64,000 nt of DNA from Cenococcum geophilum (Eukaryota): the NCBI GenBank assembly GCA_050273025.1, contig CP158635.1, forward strand, positions 30,070,001-30,134,000, read 5' to 3'. Position numbers and translations under genes: made by a program. The notes under the pieces are model-generated. The model had not been told where the DNA came from. It did no database searches and saw only the letters and a program-made list of their open reading frames with translations. Below are positions 13,615-24,262 of the stretch, in pieces. Every line of letters begins with the position of its first letter. Position 1 is the stretch's first letter.

Positions 13615-15114
13615 ACTGATAAGATACTTACCTATAACTTATAAGCAAGAAAGCACCACATGCTAAGAGGTAAATTTTGGGATAGCGAGACTTATATTAT
13701 AATGGTAATAGTAAGTAAAAAGAATTAATTTTTATTCCGCTAGTTAAGCGGTATATATATATAGATGGCAACTATAAAAGAAGAGTTGCTAGTGTTGGGA
13801 ATAAAGGCAAATGGTTACTATATAAGGTATATTGCCGTTATATATAGCAAGTTACCGTTACGTGCGGCAAGTTGCCATCACGTGCCGCCGCGGCACTAGC
13901 GTGGTAAGGAACCTTAAGTTCCTTACCCCTTTCTTGAAGAAGAATAACAAAAAGAAGAACAATTATCATACTATCTACGAACCGTAGCTACGTAATATCA
14001 CCTTATGAGTCCAACAGTAAGTATAGGCGACGATAATATATAGTAAGGTAGATACTATTAAGCGATATATATAAACTATATAAAGAAGTTAAAACGTTAT
14101 ATAAGGAAAGAAGGTAGGAAAATAGGAAGAAAGGGTATATATTATAGACTTAGTTACTTAGTTAATACGTACATAGAGTAAAATAAAATTTAGGTGGTAG
14201 TCCTAGTAGAACTTAGTAGGATTTGGTAAAACTTAGTAGAACTTAGTAGAATATAGTAGAATACGGTAGATTGCCGTTAGATTGCCGCAGATTGCTATTA
14301 AATTACCGTCTCGTAGTCGGTCTCTAGTTGCTAAGTTAGTGGAAATAGGTAGACGTATATAAGGTATTATAAGGGTGTCCCGTAACAGGGGAGCGCATTC
14401 CCTCTTCCTATAAAGAAGCTACGGCTAGTCTATCTAACCTTGCGAGACCCTTAAAAACGATTACCGCTAGGAAGTTATTAGAGCGGTTATTACGCGAAAC
14501 CCTGTAAAAAATAAAGGAGTTAGAGATATAATTAAGATAAGTATATTAAGACTACTAAAAATAATTATAGGAACAATTAGAAGAAGTATAAACACCCTAG
14601 ATACGAAGTGGACTTAAAGGGGCAACGCTATACTACGCTATAACTGTTACGGACGCTTTAAGTACGATGTTACGACTACTTGGAGAAGAGACGGAAGAAG
14701 CTAGTTGGTTAATTTAGGCATGGTCTAGGATGGAGCCGATAGAACCATGTGACGAGGAATGGTAACCGAGGTCACATAATATAATCTGTATAATCTGTGT
14801 AATCTATATAATCTATAATAGAGTAGGTAGAGTATACGTATATTACGTACAAGAAGGATTTTATAGGAGTACGGTTATGTATTTAAGGACCCTTAGTCCC
14901 TACCTAGATAGTTCCTTCCTTGTAGTAATTCTTAGAATACAATTGGAGTTAATCTATTAGGCAACCACTCCACCAGTTGTTATTACGTTGTTAACTTTTA
15001 TACTTGCATTTCCTACACACCTAGCCTAATAATGAGCCTATTGTAGTTCTTGCTATAAGGTTCCGTTACACAATTACTACCTAGTTACGGTATTAATATA
15101 AAAAGTTAAATAAT

Positions 15115-18075
15115 ATACCACCAAAAGCAGCCACTATAATGCCATTAACGGCAGCAACTACTTTAGGGACAGGAGGTGATACCAGTATGGTAGATACTAA
15201 CTTATAGCAACCTGTAATGGTCGGATAACTATAGGTAATAGTCGACTAGCTAATAGATAACTATATAGTGTTGGAAGAAAGACTTAACGGGATAGGAGCA
15301 GCAAAGATTAAGCTACTATTAATTGAGAGATTTATAGGAGAGAGGTTAAAGCTTAAAGGATTCCTTACGCAGATGCACTTTAAGGTCTTATAAGAAGGAG
15401 TAAAATTACCTATACCTATGGATCGGATAGCCTACGCAGGACTATTCTTATTAGGAAAAGCACTTAAGTAGTTTAAACCTTACCTTATAGAGATATAGGT
15501 AAATGGAATAACAACTACTAACTAAGACGTGTAATTTATGTTCTTAAGTTAGAAAGGATTCGTAGAATAACTTACGCAGATATTTGGAGATCTAGAAGAA
15601 ATAACTACAGCGGAAAGAAAACTCCAGAACCTTGTATAACAAACTTTAGTAATTAAGTATATAACACAGTTCCAGATACTAGCAATATAAGTAGAGTGGA
15701 ATAATAGGGCGCTTATGGTATAGTATAAATAAGGACTTAAGGCTAAAGTCTAGGACGTAATTATCCTAATAGAAGATGCGGATACCCTAAGGGAATTAAT
15801 AAATTAAGCAATTAAGATTAATAATAGGATCTTCTAAAGGGAATAGGCTAAGAGGGGCTAGGATAGAGTTCTATAGTTATATAAGGCGCAGAGTACGCAA
15901 TAACTAAAGCTAAGTTAGAAAATATGGTATAGCGCAGAGCTAATAGACCTAAGTAGTACTAAAGAAGCCTATAAGAAATAGAGCAAACTATGGAAACCTA
16001 GAGGATAAGGATTAAGTAATTAAAGGTTTAAGGAGCAGAGGCCGAATTAGGGATCTTAATAGTAGAAGATATTTAGGCGGACTCTATAGTAAGAAAAATG
16101 GTTTAAAAAGGGAGCTTGCATAAATTGCGGAAAATAGGGTTATTATATTAGAGACTATAGAAGTGGGTAGAGTCACTATATAGTAAAAGGCATGAGACTA
16201 GTAGACGATATATATATATAAAGGGACGACAATATGCTGCGAGGAACAAAAGAATATTTAATTAGAAGTTTTGCATTTTATTACAATAACACATACTAAA
16301 TTTATAAGGACGCTAAGTATGGCGTAAGCTATTAGCTATAGGAGCCAGCACCTATAGGATGCAGAGGAACTAATAAACTAGTTCGCAGATCGGATATTAA
16401 GGACGATAAATTTAACGTAGGCGAAATATTCCGTAACGATAAGGCAACAAGGGCCGCTTACTGGGAGTAAGTAGACCTTGGAGATATTATACTAGAGGTA
16501 GAGGATAATTCCACTACAGAATAGGGAATATTAGTAGGGATTAAGACCCTACTAGACACGATGTCTATCGCTTCGCGAGACGTAAGAAAAGTAAGACAGT
16601 AAACCACTTTGGCACTTAATAAAGGTAAAAGGCCAAAGACCTAAGATTCTTAAGACGAGATAAGGCATACCTAAGGACCTATAATGGACGAAAACCGATG
16701 GAATAGGGCAGTAGCTTAGTTTAGAAACATACGAATAAGCTTAGGACAAGAGTTTCCCACGGCATAAGATTCTTAAGACGAGATAAGTGAGATTTAAGAC
16801 TCTTAAGACAAGATGAGAACACTATAGACGCCTAGTTAGACTAAGGTGGGAGCTAAGCTTAAGTTAGAAGCAAGCTTAGGATTGAAGAATCTAAGGGACT
16901 AAGATTTTGGAGTATAAATGAGGACACCTATAAGTAAGAGGCAAGGAGCTTCTTTATAGATTAGAGAATCTGTAATATAAATAGTAGTTAGACTAGGAGA
17001 CAGATATATAGACCCGGAAGACTTACTAGGGGAACGTAGTATTTAGCCTAAAGATTGAAAGTTTAATACTAGGATTAAGAAGTAAGACGACTTTAAGGAT
17101 TAAAGCGCAAGGCGTAAACCAAAAGAAACCATAGAAGAGTTTAGGTAAAAAATTATCGTATAGCAAAAACAGAAACTAGACAAGAGATCTAGTATAGTGG
17201 GACGTATAAAGGACAGAGCACTAGTACGAAGAATTACTAATAGGCTGAGAATAGGCACACTAAGAGTTAAGTAGCTTACCGAACTAGAAAATAAAGAGGA
17301 TTTAAGAATTCTAACTAGGTTTAAAGAATGATATATAAAGGGCTATTATAATATAGTAATAAGAAGATACTTCCTTATAGACAAACCGTATATACTCTAG
17401 CAGCTATACTAAAAGTGGTATAGATAAAGGCACAATGATAAGTAGGAAGATTTCTATATATAGCTGGACAAGAAAGTTATCTAGGACCACCTAATTATAG
17501 AAAAAGCTATAACGCATATTAAAGGAGCCTTAATTATAACGTTAAAGGATCTAGAGGAATGTTTAGAGGACTAGAGAAGCGAGAGACGCATCTTAGTACC
17601 TGTAAATAAAGTCGCAACGTTTAGATCAGCACGATAGAGGTTTAAACTTAGGGATAAAGATAAGCCAAGAGTTAACCTAAAGCACCTAGCACACTATACG
17701 CTATTATGGATTGTATACATGAACGATATATACAAAATGTATAAGAATCCAAAGGAAAAGAATCGGAAATACCCTATAAGGATATACTGGATAACGGATA
17801 AACAATGGTATAGGAATGCCAAGTATATATATAGATGGCATCCAGCAGAGGACTAAGAGGAAGGAAGTTTAGTACTTTAACTAGGAAGATTCCTTATAGA
17901 AGAATACTTAGACGGATAATAGTGGTAGGAATACCCAGAAAATATGTGTCTATGGTATATTAAAGATAAAAAGCGAACTAGGTATTAGCTAAAGAGTAAG
18001 CTAAGTATACTAGGATTAAGCAGCTAATAGTTAGGAAAAGTAGAGGCCTACGGGACTAGGGGGAGCTAGTAGTAG
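15115..18075 (+). pseudogene. A1 extended Gag (~985 codons): capsid, CCHC knuckle and long C-terminal extension
   Basis: Start is ATA here and ATG in A2 (MPLKAA). LKGFLTQM capsid motif. Knuckle CINCGK.G at 16117. Cys/His repeats at 16279, 17716 and 17932 are all in the same frame (position mod 3 = 1). Confidence 0.8.
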
Positions 18076-21000
18076 AGCCTTAGACCCTTAAAGGAATTTA
18101 AGGACAATACCTAAATTTATAAATTAAGTGGTAAGATTAGTAGTTTAAAGCGCTAATAAATAGTAGAGTAACGCGAAACTACATCTCACTAGTAGCAGTT
18201 AAGAGAATAGGATTACCTTATAGACAAAAGGAGCAACCTTACCTATTAGTTACAATTTTAGGAGATCCAATAACCTATAGAGGAGGGATTATTAATCTTA
18301 AAATAGGACCTATTTAGATAACTATTAAAGGAAGATAAATTAAGATGTCTTTTAATATCCTACTATTGGGACAGGACGAGGCAGTACTAAGTATGCCTTA
18401 GTTATAGGAATACAATCTAAGGATTAATTAGATTATAGGTTAAGTTAATATAAGAGATACTTAATGCCGTAAGATGCGAAAATAAGCCAAGTTGGTATAG
18501 TACTAAGTAGGAGCAACCTACGAAAAAATAGAAAAAGGACTAAGTTATATACTAAAGAAGTACTACAAGTATGGCAGAAAACTATAGTTACTAAAAAGTA
18601 AAAAGCTGTTGGAATATATAGCATAGGACTATAAGATAGAGTTAGAACTAGAAATAAGTCTAAAGTTCTTTCTAATCTATAAGCTTACTAAAGAAGAAGG
18701 TAGAGCGTTAAAAGAGTTTATCTAGGAGAATCTATAAAAGGGATATATTAGACCATCGCAGTTATTAGTGGGTTATCCAGTACTATTCGTACTAAAGAAA
18801 AATGGCAAACTAAGGCTGTATATCGACTATAGGCAGTTAAACAGCATTACTAGAAAGGATAGGTATCCTTTACCCTTAATTAGCGAAATCTAAGACAGGA
18901 TAGGTAATACGCAAATCTTTACGAAGATAGATCTAAGATGGGCGTACCACTAGATTAGGATTAAGGAAGGTAATAAGTAAAAGGCAGCCTTTAGGTTAAA
19001 GGAAGGACTATATAAACCATTAGTTATACAATTCGGGCTTATAAACGCACTAGCAATGTTTTAGAAGCGTATTAATAATATATTAGGAGAACACTTAGAT
19101 GAATTTGTTATGGTATATCTTAATAATATTATTATCTACTTAATAACGGAGGAAGAATATAGAGAACACGTTAAATAGGTCTTAAAAAGACTATAAGAGG
19201 AACAGATGCTAGTAGTAATTAAGAAATGCGAGTTCTTTACTAGGAAGACCAATTTTGTTAAATTTATTATCGAACTAGGCTAACTTAGTATAGATCCAAA
19301 AAAGATCGAGGCTATAATAAATTAGTAGGAACTAGAGAACGTTATATAGTTAAGATTGTTTTTAGGGTTTTGCAATTACTATAGAAGGTTTATAGCGCAG
19401 TAGTTAAAGGACATTAAGCTATTTACGCGGTTAATAAAGAAAGAAGAACTATAGGTATAGGGAAAGGAGCAAAAAGAACTCTTTAAAAAAGTTAAAGAGT
19501 TGTTTACCCAGGAGCTAGTTCTTAAGATTTATTAACTAGGACTAGAGACGGTTATAGAGACAGACGTATTAGACTATATACTAGGGGCGTACTTTATATA
19601 AAGGTATTAAGATAGATGGCACCTAGTGGTATACTATAGTTGGAAGATAACACCACTAGAGTTAAACTATAACATCTATAACAAGGAGTTGTTAGGTATA
19701 GTTACAGTATTAAAGGAATAGAGAGCATTCTTATAAGGTATAGAGAAACTATTTATAGTTAAGACGGATTATAAGAACCTAATAGGATTTCTAATAATAA
19801 AGGAACTTAACCAAAGATAGGTTAGATGGGTAGAGATACTTACGGAATACTATTTTAAGATTTAGTATACTAAAGGTATAGACAATACGCGGGCAGATAC
19901 TTTAAGCCGTAAAGCTAAACTACAAAATAAGGAAAAGCTATTAGGGGCTTTATTACGAAAAGATATAGATAGATTAATTAGATATAATTATTTAAAAATT
20001 ATAATAACTCGGGAAAATAATAAACTAGAGAAAGTCTATAAGATACTAAAAAGCTTTTAGGTATAAAGAATTCTAAAAGCATAGCTAGAAGATCTATAGG
20101 CGGATATATATAAAAATCGGGAAGTAAAGTATATCCTAAAAAGCATAGTAGAATAGTTTATAGAAGACTTCTATAAGGGACTAACTTAAGGACATAATGG
20201 AGCTATAAGCTTAGTGTTAAGACTCTAAGAGGAGTATATTATTAATGGAATCTAAAGGATAGCCAGAAAAGTTATAAAGGAATATCTAGATTACTAAAGG
20301 AATAAACTAACGAGGCATAAGCTATATAGAGGGCTACAACATATTAAAATACCAGAGAGACCATAGGAGGTTATATTATGGGACTTTATTATTAAGTTAC
20401 TAAAATTAAAAGATCCTATTACTAGATAAGATTATAACGCGATCCTAGTAATAGTAGATAAGCTTATAAAGTAGAAATACTTTATAGCATATATAGAAGA
20501 AATCTTAGCGGAAGATGTTGCTAGAATTTATATAAAAGAAGTATTTATAAGATACGGAGCACTAAGTAAGATTATATCGGATAGAGATCTAAGATTCGTA
20601 GTAGTATTTTAGGAAGTATTTTTAGCGGAGCAAAAAGTTTAAGTAGTAACTTCTACCGTATATTATCTATAGACAGATAGCTAAATGGAAAGATTAAATT
20701 AAACGCTAGAGTAGTATCTAAGGCATTATGTTAATTATATATAGAATAATTAGGTATTACTATTACTAGTTATACAATTTGCATACAATGTAACACCTTA
20801 AGAAGGAATAGGTATATTACTATTTAAGGTAAATTACGGATATAAGCTAAGAATATCGTTATCACTATAATAAGTAAAGAAAATGAGTAGTACAGCTAAA
20901 GAAAGAATAAAGGATTTAATGAATCTTTATATAGACCTTATAGAGATAGCTAAGGTAGTACAGCAGAGAATGAAAAGGTACTATAATGCTAAGAGATTTA

Positions 21001-21476
21001 AGGGACCAGATCTTAAGGAGGGAAATAAAGTATGGCTACTATATAAAAATTTTAAAAGTTAATAACTAAGTAAGAAATTAGACCACGTTAGACTAGGACC
21101 TTTTAAAATTACGTAAAGAATTTCACTGGTTATATTTAAGCTAAACCTACCAGCTAAAATAAAGATCTACCCTATACAGCATATCGTAATGCTAGAGCCA
21201 GTATATGGGAATATTAAGCTACCGGTTTATAAAGCAGACACGTATAGAGGATAGGAAGAAGACAAATGGCAAGTTTTAAAAATCGTTAATTATAAGAACA
21301 TTAACAACAAAATATAGTACGAAGTTAAGTGGATAGGCTATACTAAGACTACCTAGAAGCTATTAGAGAATCTAAGGAATGTTATAGGAAAGGTACAGGA
21401 GTATTAGAAGAGATTAGGTTAGACAGCATTAATAAAAAAGGATTACTAAAGAATAAGTTACCTAAGGGGGACCTAA
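18033..21476 (+). pseudogene. A1 pol (protease, RT, RNase H, integrase, chromodomain) in the -1 frame relative to gag
   Basis: Protease ALI(D)S(G)..RN at 18150. RT KLRL.IDYRQLN (~18808) and YL(DD)IIIY (~19116). RNase H NY.IY.KELL (~19665). Chromodomain YEVKWIGY at 21318. End is approximate. Confidence 0.9.
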
Positions 21477-22054
21477 GAAGAGTAGTTGCTAAACTACTCG
21501 GATCTATTTCCTTCTCTATTAAAAAAAAATCCATTCTTTTATTACCTAGTTCCTACAGACCTTATTTTATAAGTTTCTACTCCTTAAAATAAACCTTTTT
21601 ACGTACCTTCTTAAGACGGATTAGCTAAGTGGACGCCGCTAAACGAGACTCGAGAGCCCGTTACTAAGCATCGGCAGCCTCCTATTTAGCGTCCCAAGAT
21701 TGGCGCAATTTAGTAAGAGTAATAGACAGTTTATTATCTAGCCGCGTAGCAGTAGATTAAACATAAAACCCTAAGATAAATTAATTAGGAAACCAGACGA
21801 CTATTAAAAGTAATAGGTCGCGTATATTTAGCATTAGAAGTAGAGTAAACGTTATAAGACGAATAAATATTTGCTTTAGTGCACTCTAAGCAAGAGGACG
21901 GTTATCGCGAAGATAGGTTCGCCAACGTAACATAAACTAACCCCTTTTTTAAACAGCGAGAATATGGAAACGGCATAATCTTACCAAGAGATAATATTGC
22001 AGCAATAGTGCGAGCACGACGAGCAGTTAAGGAAGAAGAAATTACTTTAGGTAT
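21350..22054 (-). pseudogene. Antisense spliced Zn2Cys6-like/coiled-coil accessory gene of A1
   Basis: Exon 1 22054-21826 (229 nt) includes RRARTIAAILSLGKIMPFP(C)SRC..PSSCLECTKAN. Intron 21825-21771 is 55 nt. Exon 2 includes ALESRLAAST.LIRLKKVRKKV..GL.EL. The 3' end is approximate. Confidence 0.78.
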
Positions 22055-23559
22055 AATAAGCAATAATATTAACCAAATTGATTAGACGGACATTATACCT
22101 CTAGTAAATAACTTAGAGATATTTTAAATCTTTAAGAACAAAGATAAAGAGGAGGGAGATAGTGTTACGGACGCTTTAAGTACAATATTACGACTACTTA
22201 AAGAAGAGATAAAAGAAGCTAGTTAGTTAATTTAGGCACGGTCCAAAATGGAGCCAATAGAACCATATAATAAGGAATAGTAACTAAGGTTACATAATGT
22301 AATCTATATAATCTGTGTAATCTATATAATCTATAACAGAGTAGGTAGAGTATACGTATATTACGTACAAGAAGGATTTTATAGGAGTACGGTTGTGTAT
22401 TTAAGGACCCTTAGTCCCTACCTAGATAGTTCCTTCCTTGTAGTAATTCTCAGAATATAATTAGAGTTAATCTGTTAGGCAACCACTCCACCAGTTATTA
22501 TTACGTTATTGACTTTTGTACTTGCATTTCCTACACACCTAGCCTAATAACGAGCCCATCGTAGTTCTTGCTACAAGGTTCCGTTACAATAACGTTAGAA
22601 AAACCTAAATTCTATATAAAGAAACCTAATAAGTATAATAGTAATAGTCACTAGAACTATAATCGTTTTATCTATTAATATAAAACTAAGTTTTAGCTAG
22701 ATTTAAAACGTTACTCTAATAAGTATAATTAGACACTAATTGCTTCTACCTTCCTATATAGCACCGTTAAGATTTTATAAACACGCTATAAGAAAAAACT
22801 AACTACACCCCTTAAATTTAGCAAACTTAAGTCCTAGTTTGTTAATTAGGTCTAAAACCTTACTAATTAAGGGATAGATTATAACTAGTAATACTATAAC
22901 GCCAAATAATAAGAAGGCTAGAGCGTAGTCCAGTTTATAAACTACTTAAAAGAGCTAGAAAATAATATACCCTACTTAAACCTGTGGGATAATACTATAT
23001 AACTTTACTAGCTACTTACTAAGTTATAACCTAAGATTTAATAAGCTATATAGGAGAAGGGCAAAATTCCTACCTTTTAAGAAAAGCGTATCTCTAAAGC
23101 TACTCGGATTAAGAATACTAAAAGAGACTATCTGGGTAAGAGAAAGGAACGAGATACTAATAATAAAGAGCGTAGGACTAGACCTAGCTTTAAAAATAGG
23201 GGCAGATTCTAACCTAACCGCTCTAGAGAAGAGTAATATAAGTAAGCTTCGTAGCCCTAAAGCAACGCTAGTTAACCCTAGAGTAATAATAGGCGGAAAC
23301 CTAATTTAAATAAGTTACGTATCTACTATAACTACGGCCAAAAGGGCTATATAAAGCGCTTTTACTAGTAGAAAAAAAACAAGAGTCGGCTTAATTAGGA
23401 AAAGAGAGAGCCTAGTAGATATTTACTCCCTTATACTAGGTTAGTAAAAAAAGGAGGGAGTAAGCTACTATATAGTTATTCCTATCTCCCTTTAAGTTAA
23501 TAATAAATGGGTAACGTAAGACTGCCTTATAGATAGTAGCACAACTATAGGGTTTATCT

Positions 23560-24262
23560 TTTTATTTTATTTTATTAATATCCATTATATTGTACTACGT
23601 ATAATACTGCGTAGGCAGCCTCTAGGCTATAGCGCTATAGTTCTATATATATAAATCCTTTCTAGGCAGCTTAATATATACTAGCAGCTATATCCTAGTA
23701 GTTTACCGTTTCCTAGTAAAATACTAGGCTACAACAACTATTAAGTGGTATTAAAATAGTAGGAAAATGGTAAAGAAAACGGTAAAAGAGTCCTAACGCC
23801 TACCATTGTACTTTTTATAGTTTATTTCTGTCCTTTTACTTACTACTGTCTATTTACTAGGAGTCTAGTAGGAGTTACCTCCTTCTAAAGGTCTTACTTC
23901 CATTAGCTACTTTCTAGTAGCTATTTTCGTCCTACTTAGAAATAGAAAAAGCGCCTCTCTTCCTTTCTCTATATAAAAGAGCTTCTCTAGGGAGAGAGAA
24001 GAGCTTAGTTGTCTTTATATTTCTTTTCTTTCTTCCTAGTATAGTCTGCATTCTAGTAATAGGTGCTTAGGAGTTTGTATAGCGCTACAGTCCTTAAAGC
24101 ATTTACCTTCTTTATCTATCCCTATTGTCTTAAAAAAGGACTTAAAGAAGCCTTTTTCTAGTTTTTGTTAAAAGAAAGCTAATTGGAGCCTTTTAGGATA
24201 TTTATCCTTAGGGGCTTTAAGAGAAAAGGAGTAGTTTCCTCTAGAGATCCTAGTATAGTATT
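23560..24262 (-). mobile_element. 5'-truncated Tad1-like LINE (ORF2 C-terminus, 3' UTR, A-rich tail) inserted in the D protease region
   Basis: 12-bp TSD TAGGGTTTATCT at 23548-23559 and 24263-24274. (TTTTA)n tail at the left end. Minus translation GKCFKDCSAIQTPKHLLLECRLY..ER..KG..ALFLFLSRTKIATRK matches the LINE ORF2 CCHC end. Confidence 0.85.

Larger units (their letters stand above)
7970..14016 (+). mobile_element. Full-length Ty1/copia element family C, inserted in the B0 5' LTR
   Basis: 224-bp LTRs at 7970-8193 and 13793-14016 (TGTTGG..CCAACA). TSD GTAAG at 7965-7969 and 14017-14021. Domain order is integrase before RT. Confidence 0.95.
7245..14387 (-). mobile_element. Ty3/gypsy family B, copy B0: 5' part of gag (7245-~7921) and 5' LTR (7956-7969 + 14022-14387) split by element C
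   Basis: 7245-7920 aligns to B1 gag 5735-6413. The LTR halves rejoin across TSD GTAAG and end gtgtcccgtaaca at 14387. A0 is inserted into this gag. Confidence 0.9.
14645..22588 (+). mobile_element. Full-length Ty3/gypsy chromovirus family A, copy A1 (7944 bp)
   Basis: 426-bp LTRs at 14645-15070 and 22163-22588 (TGTTAC..GTTACA). TSD ATAAC at 14640-14644 and 22589-22593. PPT at 22142-22162. Confidence 0.96.

Noticed and set aside
13612..13700. CTGATAAG..GAAAG resembling a RIPed hammerhead core in the C 3' UTR
   Set aside because: No stem II closing directly before GAAA and no stems I/III could be built in either C copy.
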